DNA from: Eledone cirrhosa
Lineage: Eukaryota
Direction: 5' to 3'
DNA length: 64,000 nt
NCBI GenBank assembly: GCA_964016885.1
Contig: OZ024743.1
Span: 57,784,001 to 57,848,000 of the forward strand
The position numbers were made by a program, and so were the translations under genes. Shown piece by piece: positions 41,213 to 55,061 of this stretch. The notes under the pieces are model-generated. The model saw only the letters and a list, made by a program, of their open reading frames with translations. It was not told the origin of the DNA and made no database searches. Numbering within the stretch: position 1 is the stretch's first letter; every line of letters begins with the position of its first letter.

Positions 41213-41728
41213 TCATCGTACCGTCTGAAAAATGGGTGTAAGTAATGAATACTGCATTCTTAAACGATAGTCATCTCTTGAATGCCAGTCTAATGATACA
41301 AGTTCGAAGTATGGAACATTTTCTCTATGTATAACAGGTCCGAATACGAGGAATATGCATGGAATACACTTTAAAACACAAAATACACAAACAAAATAAA
41401 ACGAAGCGTTGCAAAAAATACGAAGAAAGAAAGTATAAATGAACGGCATTACAAAATTAACAGTAATAATAACAACAGAAACAGTAACAACGACAAAATA
41501 CACGAAATACTTTTGCTAACAACCTCCATGAACAGCACAGATGCAGACACAGAGAATACAATTAAAATTAATCAGGTCCACCTCTTCACACACAATAGTA
41601 AACAGTGTAAACATGACACAAAGAAATATATCAATACAACAGAAACTGTATAAAAACCATTTTAAAGGAATCAAATATTTCCATCGATCTGAGGTTATGG
41701 GGAAACATTTATTTACTAGAGATGCCAT
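41213..41728 (-). pseudogene. Candidate multi-pass membrane protein frame with one in-frame TAG
   Basis: ORFs 41516-41728 and 41213-41503 are in the same frame (...GGC*QKYFVYFVVV...), about 171 codons, with several hydrophobic Cys-rich segments. No family recognised. Confidence 0.3.
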
Positions 41729-42519
41729 TCAATGTCATCGAATCCGGGATCTCATTATTTCAAGGTGAACCTCTTAATCATTCAGCTACATCTGGTCTTC
41801 CATAATCAGTTATTTACAGACGTCTCTAGGAGAACCATATCATTTTCCATAGTCAACTATTTACGGTAGTGTACATAGGAACTGTATAGTCTTTTCTATA
41901 GTCTACACAGAACATATATGCCGCACAGTTGAATTGAAACAGACACATTGTGATTGCGAAGTGAACTTCTTAAATAAGCAACAATGACCATGTTCGTGTT
42001 TTTACAAGTAGTTGTAACAAAACTAGATTCAACTGATCGACATTCCCATCGTATTCTGTATTCTTGAACAAGTTCCAGAAATATCCTGTTTACAACTACT
42101 GGAACGCTGCCCTTTGGCTGGAATATCTATTTGACATTCACCAAATATGTCGATGCTCTCCACGTCTTGCATCAATAAAAAGATATATATATATTAACAA
42201 TATAACCTGCAGCATATATTAAATATTCCAAAAGCAATTTAATCGCCGTTTACAGAGTTTGTCGCGAATTGTAAATTTTCCATGAAAATTAGCAACGTTC
42301 TGCTTCTATAAAAACGAATGTGTTAATGAAGTTTCTAGGTGTGAAAGAGAGAAATAAAACGAGGAATATATTATAATGCATTATCAGGAATTCTAATTGG
42401 TGTTAATGCTGCTTTCTGGATTTTTTCGTAAACTGTATGTACCGAATGACATTAGTTGCTGCTGACTAATTTACAGTTTCAATGCCCTGTACATATTCAG
42501 TTACGAGAAGGTTTTTTTT

Positions 42520-42960
42520 TATTCGAAATGAGACGATACAGGCAAGTTATCTGCTTCTCCTAGAGGGAGCAGATAATCAACGAAATTATTTACACAGTAA
42601 TCCAGCAACATATGAACAACTACGAAGACCTGATAACCACTGCTACAGATAAAACTATGAACAGGTCCTACACAGAAAGCATAAGCAACGAAAGTATTCA
42701 GACATCAATCATAAAACATCTGTAAGGAAAATGTAAGGAAAAGGAACATGATATGGTACGGTCATGTGACGAGATCTGATGGATTTCTAGGACCATACTC
42801 TATGGAACAATTCAAGGGAAAATAAAAGAAGGACGTTAGAAGAAAACCAATGGGAGAGTAACATCACACAAGTCGTGGATAACGGCAGAGATGACTGGAG
42901 GATGGTGTATATAGGACAACACTACAGCGCGCCATCGACCCTGAAGGACGAAGGGAAAAA
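42520..42960 (+). mobile_element. RTE-clade LINE 3' fragment
   Basis: YEDLITT...RKRNMIWYGHVTRSDG...TILYGTIQGK...WESNI is typical of the RTE C-terminus. Confidence 0.65.
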
Positions 42961-43353
42961 TGAAATTGTGTGAGTGAGAAGGGAATTCCTCTGCCGTCTG
43001 ACATACCATGATCTCCAAAATCTGCAGCTTATTTATGGGATTATATTTTGGTTTTACTGCGGCGTTTAGTAGTTTAGATGATAGGCTCAGGGGCATAAGG
43101 TCGTGATTTCGGTGTTCGGACCGAGTGGCATTTTATGTTTGTTCAAATCCCCTCAGCTGTAAAAATTTAGTTGTCACATACATAATGCTATTTTCCTATT
43201 CTGTCGAATCGCTAACACGCCCCCTCACGTATTATATATATATATACGTGAGGTGGCGACAAAAAAAAAATATATATATAGATAAATATACACGGGTGTG
43301 TATGATTGTGTATAGAAGATTATATTAATAAAAAGTTGGAATTCCTTTTATTA

Positions 43354-43385
<32 letters not shown>

Positions 43386-43751
43386 ATACATATATAAACG
43401 ATCAGCCAGTTACCAATGAGTCGTGCAATGTGACTGAATCCAGAGTCGCATAGTTATAAAGCAAACTCCTTGAATACACTGCCCGGTCCGAGCCTGTTTC
43501 ATTTATATGCTGAAATTAAGCAATTCTATTTAAAATCCACAATGTTTGTTTTAAACCTAAAGTTTGCCCTATAACTAATAACCAGGCATTATCATTTTAA
43601 TTATTGGTTAAGCAATCCACAGAGGCGTGTTTCTTTAACGAAATTCACTTGAAGATTCAGGAGGAATACAGTGTGTGACAAGGCTGACCATTTTCATGAC
43701 AGGTACAACTCAGTTTTACCAACTGAGCGAATTGGAGCAACGTAAAATAAA

Positions 43752-44010
43752 TTGCTTAGTGATAAGGGTGCTGGGCTTATGATCATAATGTCGTGGGTTC
43801 GATTCCTGAGCTGGATTGTATGTTGTGTTCTTGAGCAAAACATTTCATTTGACGTTGCTCCAATATATTCAGCTGAAATTGAGTACCAGCAATAGCTTTG
43901 GATCTAACGTGTGGTAGAATGGCGTCATGTCAAGTGGAAAGTCTTGTACTCTCAGTCGCGTCATGCCTCGAAACTAGAATAAGCACCGGCCTGACATGCT
44001 TCCTGGTTTG
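43752..44010 (+). mobile_element. Degenerate family B tRNA-SINE
   Basis: gcttagtgataagggtgctgg...gggttcgattcctg...ttgagcaaaacatttcatttgacgttgctcc, similar to 15323-15445, 18285-18370 and 62195-62290. Confidence 0.6.
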
Positions 44011-45146
44011 AGTCAGAATTAAGGCTTTTGATCACACAACGCCCTGACGAGAATTGAACTCATGAATGTATGATCTTAAGTCACGCACATCCCCACTCTG
44101 TATCATAGAATCGTAAATTTGCATAGAGGAATTGGGATGAAAATTGTGCAGAATTTTGTTTATCTTAGCAAATGTTTAGTATTATACAAGCAACATTTTC
44201 GTTGTATTTTAAAGGAATATTAACCCCAGTTTGTCGTATCACTATATACTATAGATATTGAGACACCCATGTGGACACTGAACACCACAACATAGCCCCT
44301 TAGGCAGAATATGTTTACCATAGGCTTGGATTAAGGCAAACTATTTGAAAGTCCGTCGTATGGCCTATAGCTCTAATTTAAAGAGCCAGCCTAGCTTACA
44401 CATTGTGCTTTTTTTTTATCTTCTTGAGAAATATGTTAAGGGTACACGTGTCTATGGAATGATCAGCCAGTTACACGTTAATATCACGAGCAGGCTGTAA
44501 CGTCGATCGAACAAATAGAACACTCATCACTGAAACCAACGGAGATCCATTCCATTTCATTCCAGACACTCCTAATATCCTTTTAACATCAATTCCGTCT
44601 GTTCAGTTGCTATTTATCCGCGATTAGTCTTCCATATCTTTTTTAAGTCGTATCGCAATTATTTTAGTTTGGCTCGACAAAATTTCCAATCTCGGTGTGA
44701 TTTCACTTGTAGATTGTATGCAACAGTTCGCTAACCAATACAGAGATTCTGGAATTACTATTCACGGTGTGATTGGTAATAAGGCCCCCCTCCTTCCACA
44801 CAAACACACTCACAATTATTACTTGCTCCTTCCACTTAGAATATATAGGAAATCACATTCTCTAGCAAGATTAACATCATATTCTCAGCCTTTTGTCATT
44901 TACTTCGTACATACATTGCATACATGCATACAAACATACATAGCTATATACCTACATACGTACCAACATACCTACATACGTCCATACATACATTTATTCA
45001 GAAATACATGCGTACATACATACATACATAGGCACTCACATATATACTTAAATGCATACATACATATATACACTGTATACTAAATCGTAAAACAGCACTT
45101 TTTAATTAAATATAAACGTATTAACATATATATGTACATGTATGTA

Positions 45147-45211
<65 letters not shown>

Positions 45212-45469
45212 ATATATATATATGTGTGTGTGTATATATATATATATGTGTGTGTGTGTGTATGTATGCATGCATATATATATATATATATATATAAATA
45301 TATATGTATATGTATGGGGATATCTACACGCCCATATGCGGCGTCAGTGTCTTCTAAATTCGACCTTAAAATAAAATAAAAATAGATATCCTCACCCAAT
45401 CTTCATTCGACTCTCACCATAGAACCATAGAAATTCATTTATAACCACAGTGGATATATTGGAACTGAG

Positions 45470-45568
<99 letters not shown>

Positions 45569-45598
45569 ATATATATATGTATGTATGTATATATATAT

Positions 45599-45670
45599 AG
45601 CTTCTCTTAACAGATTCGTGTTTAACAGATGAACGTATATTATTTCACACGATTGAAGAGGGACATATGC

Positions 45671-45727
<57 letters not shown>

Positions 45728-45769
45728 CCTATATATATATATATATATACCTATATATATATATATATA

Positions 45770-45804
<35 letters not shown>

Positions 45805-45876
45805 GCATATGTCCCTCTTCAATCGTGTGAAATAATAAACGTTCATCTGTTAAACACGAATCTGTTAAGAGAAGCT
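45599..45876. repeat. Inverted repeat (about 74-bp arms) with a (TA)n spacer
   Basis: agcttctcttaacagattcgtg...gagggacatatgcatgt pairs with acatgcatatgtccctc...cacgaatctgttaagagaagct. Confidence 0.92.
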
Positions 45877-46087
45877 AAGTAGCTTCCACTGAAAGACATT
45901 TCCAAACAACTTACAAGTAGAGCTTAATGCTATAACACTGATCATCATCCCGAGGCGAAAAGGAAGGAATTGAACGTATATCGATCACTCTTCTTCAGAA
46001 CGTTGTACATTTGTACATTTGCCAAATATTGTAAATTCGCTCACCCCCAACCCAAACCCCAACCCCCCACACACACCCACACACGCA

Positions 46088-46193
<106 letters not shown>

Positions 46194-46672
46194 TGGCTGC
46201 CAACTCGTTTTCGAGTACGGCCACTACTTTATATCCATGTAGGAGAACCCCTACTGATGCGCTGAACGAGTGTGACTTTTTAGTCCAGCCAGCGACTTGA
46301 AAGCTCTGGTACAAACACTACACTTGTGACAATTATTGACACATAGTGCTGGGCCCATGGTACCATGTGACGACAAATGCAGAGAGATCTCCAGATACAA
46401 AGCAATGCCTGTGCCGTGAAGCTTTTATAGTGAGCAAAGGCACTGCACAAAGCCAGTCCCACTCTCTTGACCAAGATGATATTTACCAAAAAGAAGAACA
46501 AGTCAACATCATTGGATACCATCAGGGTTGCAGGTGTTATATCAGAGTTTTCCTTCTCCTAGAATTCTGCCTTGACAAAGGCTAAGGGGTCATCTCTCCC
46601 GGTGATTTTGGATGGCCATTGACTCTTAAGAGCTCCTTTGCCTTTTGATATATATATATATATATATATATA

Positions 46673-47893
46673 CTACCAGCAGTACCCAGCGTTGCCTGGG
46701 TAGGTAAAATAATATCTGCTTTGGTGAAAAGGTGTTGATCTTAGCGACTGCTTCTCGATGACTCATCTATGGCCACACACAACCCATACGGGGGAGGGTG
46801 GTGATGACCTCTATCACTAGAGAAACGCAGGTGATTATCGAATGTGTATGCTGGGGGAGGGAGGTAATGACCTCTAACACTAAGCCAAATTTCCTCACGC
46901 TACTTCATTGGAAACCGATGAATTATCAAATACACAACTAAAAGCTCAGACGGCACCAGTGGCCATCGTTTTGCCTTTGACCATCAACTGGTTAATTGGA
47001 TGGAATCATAGAATCGTAAACATCATTTGCAGCAAATGGTCAAAAGTTAAGATGATTTGCTGCAAATGCTGAGAATTTAGAAGTCGTATTAAAGATTAAA
47101 GTGGCTGCCACGCCGTCCCTGACCAACAAATACGAAATGTGAAGCAATTAGAAGATGTGAAATGGAAAGTTCTATCTGAGGATTGAAGTTGACAAATGTG
47201 GGAGCTAGAGCCGGTTAGAAATTGATGAGCTGGCGAGTTTCTTGAAAATCTGTCGTAAGGTGTAGCAAATAGCGAAATGTTGAGTGAAATCGTATGGAAT
47301 AAGTGGGAGGTGAAAAAATCGTATTTTAAAGCGTTAAACGGCTTCCATGCCATCCCTAAACAAAAAATGCAAAGTTTAAAACTACTATAAGATGTGCAAT
47401 TATAGGTTCTATCGTAGTATAAAATTTGAACCAAATAAATTGATTTATGTGTGAGGTGAAGCCGAAGTTTCGAATTTGAACGAAATCGGTTGAAAGCTAG
47501 AGCCGAAAAAGTGGAAATTTGAGTCTAAAAGTGGTATTTTTGAATATTTAAGGTGCTGCCACGCCGTCCCTGAACAACAAATTCAAAATATAAAGCCCGT
47601 ACAGGATGTGCAATGCGAAATTCTATTTTGCTTTAAAATTTGAACGAAATCGGTGGCAAAATCTGGGAGGTAGAGCCAAAAATCTTATTTTTCGATAGCT
47701 AAAAAAAAGTGACCCCCTCCCCCTATCGATTTTTATCTGCAGAATGACCCCAGAATAAAAAAACGATATGCTGATATATAGAAAACACTCCCCAATGACT
47801 AATCTATGAGCCTGTAAAGGTTCATGAAAATCGGTCGTAAGATGTAGGCCCCTATAGGTAATACACAGATACTTAATTTTATATATATACAGA
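46673..47893 (-). mobile_element. Non-autonomous Helitron (second copy)
   Basis: Reverse-complement homologue of 15069-16103. 5' TC, hairpin acccag-gcaacg-ctgggt, 3' end GTAG (variant of CTAG), in a (TA)n context. Confidence 0.75.
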
Positions 47894-47909
47894 TATATAT
47901 ATACGATAT

Positions 47910-50485
47910 TAAACAAATGGAAACTATATTTATATTTATAAAACCATATTTATTTCGTTATATATATTTCTGGGATATCATATTAAAAATATGTTATGCC
48001 TTCCTCAGACAAAATACAATACATAAGCTGTTTTATAAATAATTAGTGACATACCTTGTGATAATGCAACTTCCTTTTAAAAAGTTGATTTGGTAGTGAA
48101 ACTGTTATGATAGTTATATAGAAAGAAAACGAAGATGAGAAGAAGAAGATGAAGAGATGTATGCAAATAAAAAAGAAGAAGATGAAGAGATGTATGCAAA
48201 GAAAAACAACGGAGCGAGAAAGAGAGACAAGGAGAGAGAGAAATACATTGATGGTGAAACAAAACATAGTAGGCTGCTTTTTGACAGATGATCATCGTAT
48301 ATGTGAGAGGTTAAGGGAAGGGATACAGTTAAATTAGTGTATAGGAGAAAAAGAAAGAAAGATGATATATTTAAAATATATTAAAAATATATTAAAAATA
48401 TGTTATGTCTCATCCATTTGAATTATCAATTTTTATGAATTAGGTATTATAATGTAAATATCAGTATTCATGAATGAGACACATATCCATAATGTGTGAA
48501 AAAAATGACCACATGCTCAGTTAAAAATTCTTAGGTCTATAAGCAAAATCAGAGATAAAACTTCAAACATAAGTATATATGCATTCTCGTGAAAAAAGAG
48601 AAAAGAGAAGGTTATCTCAAATTCAAGTTGATAAATATAGACGCACATGTGAACCTACGTGATACGCTGCACTGATTCTTATATTTCATGAAAAACTTCA
48701 ATGCGTTAGAAAAGATTCCACCCTAAAAACTTCAATGCGTTAGAAAAGATTCCACCCTACATACATTTACATACATATATACATATATATAGACACAAAA
48801 CATATAAGATATACATTAACATCTAAAATAACATTCCAGCCCCACTTGCATGATCATCGATCAAGCATAGAGTAGACAACAGATATCAATATTAAAATTA
48901 AAAACGCCAAGAATATCTTCATCACTCCACAGAGTATCTAGGGACGCAAGAGAACATAGTATGCCACGCACATCGGTCATAGAATCAGAGTCAGAAGCAA
49001 ACAAAACCAAAATTGTTCATCAAGCCTTATTTAGCAGAAATCATTCAAAACTTATTCTACAAATGCTCTTATATTTATTATAGAAGTTTATCCAGCTTAG
49101 AAATTTATTCCAAAGATTGGGGACAACGCCAATTATAGGGTAGTTCATTTAATCTCATTAATTATATATTCATGCAGAAAGGTTTTAAAAAAAATTTAAG
49201 GAATCGAAAGATTTATCACCAAGTATAACAAATAGTTAAATACCTTAAGTAAATATACTACATTTTATATTACATTTAAAATTTATATTTATATTTAAAT
49301 GTTGAGTTCAATCTATGTCTGCAACAGCTGAATAAATTGGTTCGTAAATTAAGGGAATTTTTAGATTTTAATATAAAGAATATCTCCTCCGCGCAGAGGT
49401 CACAAGTCTCAGAAGAGGAATTAAAAGGAATCCCTTTTGAGACTATATTCCAAACCATCGAATATCCAACTTTATCATGTTTAAGTTGCCAGAGTAACCC
49501 TGACAGCGATGTTGAGGATTTTTTATTTGGATCCGTGAAAGAATTTTTGTGATTATTATAGCGAAGTTTAAATTCTGTCGAGGTGGAACCAACATAATTA
49601 AAAGAATTTAAATCAGTTCTAACATTACAGTTGTATATTATATTTTTAACTAAGCAATTGTTATTTAGCGGACATTTAGATCTATCTCTACAGTTACAGT
49701 TTTTTAGTTGAATATTGTTTAGGCTATTTTCGGTATTTTGGCTAGGTTTTAGATTCCTATTATTTATTCTATTAATATTTTGTGCTAAATTTTTGGTGGA
49801 CGAGTATGTTAATTTTATAGTATGTCTATTAAAAATTGAGTGATACTTATGTGTTCTAGGGAAGCGTTTGTCAAGAGCATTAAAAAATAGTTTAGCGATG
49901 TGGGTTTTAATGTTTAGTGAGAAAGGGGGGCAAACCATATTATATTTCTAGTTCTATTTCTTTTCTGGTTTTTGAAATTATTGTAGTGCTTTCTATTATA
50001 GTTGTTAAAGTTGTTACTGTAATTAAAATTGTTGTTATTTTGGTTAGTTTGTCTATTATCGATGTACATAATGTTATCACTATATCCTGCTCTAGCTAAA
50101 GCCTCATTATAATACTGGGCTTTTTCGTCAAAAATATTTTTATTGGAAGAGATTCTAGAGATACGTTTTTGAACAGAGTTCACTATAGTATTTTTGACAG
50201 ATCTGGGGTGATTGGAGCTAAAATTGACATAATTCAAGTTTTCATTTAACTTGTGAAATGGATAGTGAAGACATGTGTTGAGATTAAATGTTACGTCTAG
50301 GAAATTGACTATTCTATGGTTATTCTCAATTTCTATTTTTAGATTAAGGTAATTAAAAAATTGTATAATTTGTTTTCTTTTCTTATTTAGTTCAGAGTTA
50401 TTATTTTCAATAAGTAAAAGCATGTCGTCTCTATATAAACCTCCGGTAACACCGGGTATTTTCCTATGCAGCGAATTAATTATAA
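47910..50485 (-). mobile_element. 5'-truncated AT-rich PLE (RT C-half plus GIY-YIG) with 3' pseudo-LTR
   Basis: GGLYRDD...VNFLDVTFNL...SNHP...IIWF/PPFSLN...CNCRDRSKCPLNNNC..KNIIYNC...YVGSTSTEFKLRYNNH...CDLC...CCRHR, with a frameshift near 49930. A hammerhead lies at 47951-48016. Confidence 0.88.
47951..48016 (-). ncRNA. Minimal hammerhead ribozyme
   Basis: Minus strand: tattttgt-CTGAGGA-stem II-GAAA-tatata-TA-acgaaata. Confidence 0.75.
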
Positions 50486-50714
50486 ATTATAATTAATTCG
50501 CTGCATAGGATAATTGGCGCCTAACACCCCTTTAACAACAGTAAATTGAAAAATAAAAGCTGCAGTTAATATCTTTAGACCGCAAGGAATAAATGCAAAT
50601 TTGAAGTCAATCGGAGTAGAAATGTGAATTTGTATAGCCTTTGTAAAAATTAGGACACACACACACGCACAATTTCAATTTTATATATATGTATATATAT
50701 ATATATATATATAT

Positions 50715-51274
50715 TTATTTTTTTATATACTTATAACAGAAAATATTATATTGGAAAAGAATTTTAAACAACTAATTAATCGTAAATACACATGATATTA
50801 GATATATACTTAGAATATATTCCCACAAATTAACGTTATATGAGTTCTATTCATCCTCTTGTTAATTTCTTCTCTCGATCTCTCTCGTAATATTTTTTAT
50901 CTTTATCCACTTATTTTTTCTCTCTCTCTTTCTCCAGTGTCATTTAAATAAACAGTTGTTTTTCAATTATTTACATATTCATTTGCATATTCACACATAA
51001 GTTTGAATAATCCCTAATATATTTCCACTATCCAGTGAATTTCATGGGTATGTCTCTATTTATAAAACAAACTTTGTATTTTATCTGATGAAAGCGTAGC
51101 AATGTTATCTTGGTTACCCTTGAAATATATATAATAAAATAAATATGGTTTTATAAATAGAGTTTCCATTTATTTAATATCATTGAATATTTACTCCATG
51201 AACTGTTGAGTGCTCTAAATCAGTTATAAACATTTATGTTTGTCGGACTTCCAACAAATTAAATACCACTTCTA

Positions 51275-51280
<6 letters not shown>
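50715..51280 (+). mobile_element. Solo PLE pseudo-LTR related to 8700-9345
   Basis: Shares aaattaacgttata, catttgcata and tttgtattttatctgatga...aaatatggttttataaata.agtttccatttattta with 8730-9340. Flanked by (TA)n. Confidence 0.7.
51077..51141 (+). ncRNA. Minimal hammerhead ribozyme
   Basis: tattttat-CTGATGA-stem II-GAAA-tatata-TA-ataaaata, with a perfect 8-bp stem I. Confidence 0.78.
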
Positions 51281-51338
<58 letters not shown>

Positions 51339-51529
51339 GGTTTGAGGTTCACCACTGTATAGAGCTGGTCTATTCCGCATGGTCAATCGTAATGCAATAA
51401 TATAGAGAGTACTCAACGTAAAGCAGTTCAACCGTCTTTGTTTTTGTAGTTGGTGGTGCTATTACGGAGTTAAATATTATAATGAAATGACAGGAGGCTG
51501 GATTTGTGTAAATCCTTGAAAGGTTTATT

Positions 51530-51587
51530 ATACTATGATCATTTCAATGACCGGGTTCCGTATGAATCCGGTGATATCATCAGGTAT
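51530..51587 (-). ncRNA. Minimal hammerhead ribozyme (left arm)
   Basis: Reverse complement of 51721-51778. Confidence 0.78.
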
Positions 51588-51720
51588 TCGAAATATAATA
51601 CGTGAATGTAATAGGTAAAATCCATGGGGCTGAAAATCGAGACCCGAGGGCGACTGCAATGCTATTCCTTCAACCTCAGCCGGTCGCCCTTACCTATTAC
51701 ATTCACGTATTATATTTCGA

Positions 51721-51778
51721 ATACCTGATGATATCACCGGATTCATACGGAACCCGGTCATTGAAATGATCATAGTAT
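51721..51778 (+). ncRNA. Minimal hammerhead ribozyme (right arm)
   Basis: atac-CTGATGA-(accgg...ccggt stem II)-GAAA-tgatca-TA-gtat. Confidence 0.8.
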
Positions 51779-51826
51779 AATAAACCTTTCAAGGATTTAC
51801 ACAAATCCAGCCTCCTGTCATTTCAT

Positions 51827-51864
<38 letters not shown>

Positions 51865-52309
51865 GTGTATAATGGTAGCTATGGTGCTTCCATAGGCGGT
51901 ATGCCAAAATTAGCACTCGATATTCACCAGAGTAGAGTGTAGATAGTATACAGAAAACGAAAAATCAGTGATGCATCTGGACTTAATTTATTGCTTGTTA
52001 CAATTTTTTCGCCGGCAGGTAGCTCGAGACATGGTCTTTGTATGGATCTGGCTGATTTTACTTCTACGGGTTTTTCAGACACGGGTGTTTCGTCTGGAGC
52101 AAATTTTATCACTGGGTTGTTATCATAAAAAAACACCCTAAAAAAATCCTACTTCCACTCTTGTCATGCCATTGGCTGTTTTTACTCCACGTCATCACAA
52201 GTTCTGGTCAGTATCTGCTGCCACACGGGTCATCAGCCATTTTCCGTCCGACACATTTCGATGGAGTCATGCTGCGTTCAATATTTCACACGTCTGTTCA
52301 CACTTCAGA

Positions 52310-53796
<1,487 letters not shown>

Positions 53797-53800
<4 letters not shown>

Positions 53801-55061
53801 AACCAGTAAGACCCCGACAGCTGAGCTCAAGCCGTTTCGACGGCTAATTCTGGACTAAATGAACATTTATCCTGGTATTTAAATAGCCGATCTTCTCAAG
53901 GGGTAATTCCATATATGGTCAAAGTGATTGTCAAAAATCAGTAGTAATTCTGTGGTTGCAAATTAGTAGGGGAGATGGTGGCTAAACCTGCCAGTAGGAG
54001 AAAGAGGGGAGGGGGTGGAGTAGACCCAATCAAGCGTTGGTAGTGCCAGCTACAGCTGGGCATGAGGTCAAAGAAGATACAGGGGAGGGGGAGGGGGAGG
54101 AAGTCGGAACGGTAGGTAGAACAATGGGGGGTAAAAATAGGAAAGAAAAAATACTGAGAGTGAAGAAAAGCAAATAAGTGTAAAGAAAAAATTAAATTCT
54201 ACGACCTAGGTGTCAGGCTATTGTTAGGCGAGAATAAAATAAAGAAAGAAAGAAAGAAGTAAATAAATAAATAAATAAATAAATAAGGAAATAAGTAAAA
54301 GAACTAGGTGGGACGAATTAGGCAAGGACCCTTTTAAGAGGTATAAGTACGTAAATGATACGGTGACTGGTCAACAAAAGGGGCCAAAATACTAAAGAGA
54401 CTACCACGAAATAAACAATAAAGGTTTCCATCCCGGGCCAGCAACGACCCAGTGCAGCAAAGTGAACTTGTACGACATAATAATTCTGAGTCCCGGGAAA
54501 AATATATACTAATGCTAACTCTAAAAGATCTAAAACAAGCTACATGAAAGTTCGTACGAAATAAAGGTAGAATACGGAGAAATAAGTTCAGAATCCACCC
54601 CGCCCAGAAGAAAAGCGAAGCAAGAAATACTGAAACGAAAAAATAAGGCATAAGTGCCACTAAGAAATATAGAGGGCACAGAGAATAGTGGGAGCGGTCG
54701 GAAAAGGGGGGCAAGTATCCGGGGTCTAAGCCAACTGCTATAAAGGGCGGAGTCCGCCAAATCTATCAAAGACTAGGGGGGGGGGGGAGTGGGGGTACTA
54801 AGGCTACATGGGGCCAAAGGGCAGCCTCGGGTGGGCGAGAAAAGACGCCGACAAAGGAGAAGAGCTGGGGTAGAAGGACAAAGGAGAGAGGGGGGAAGGA
54901 AATAAAGGATGCGATAAAAGAATACAAAGAAGATCTTACGTCTTCCTTGGCAAGCAGGGGTTACCCATTGCAAAATCGGCAACTGGGGTGTTATAGCCCT
55001 AGTCTACCCCCCCGGGTCATTATGGGGTTTGAGGGCGAGGTAAGTCCTACGCAATCTATGT
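53797..55061 (-). repeat. 3' pseudo-LTR (overlaps the ORF C-terminus)
   Basis: Direct repeat of 57329-58593. Confidence 0.93.
53811..53904 (-). ncRNA. Non-canonical (U3-A8) hammerhead-like ribozyme, copy 1
   Basis: Reverse complement of 59123-59216. Confidence 0.7.

Larger units (their letters stand above)
51477..51828. repeat. Inverted repeat (about 140-bp arms, about 75-bp spacer) with a hammerhead in each arm
   Basis: ataatgaaatgacaggaggc...gtaataggtaa pairs with ttacctattac...gcctcctgtcatttcattat. Confidence 0.95.

Noticed and set aside
48691-48758. 34-bp direct duplication
   Set aside because: Simple local slippage with no further structure.
54334-54982. ORFs inside the pseudo-LTRs (repeated at 57866-58693)
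   Set aside because: Pyrimidine-rich, with no motifs. They recur only because the repeat is duplicated, and one differs in frame between copies.
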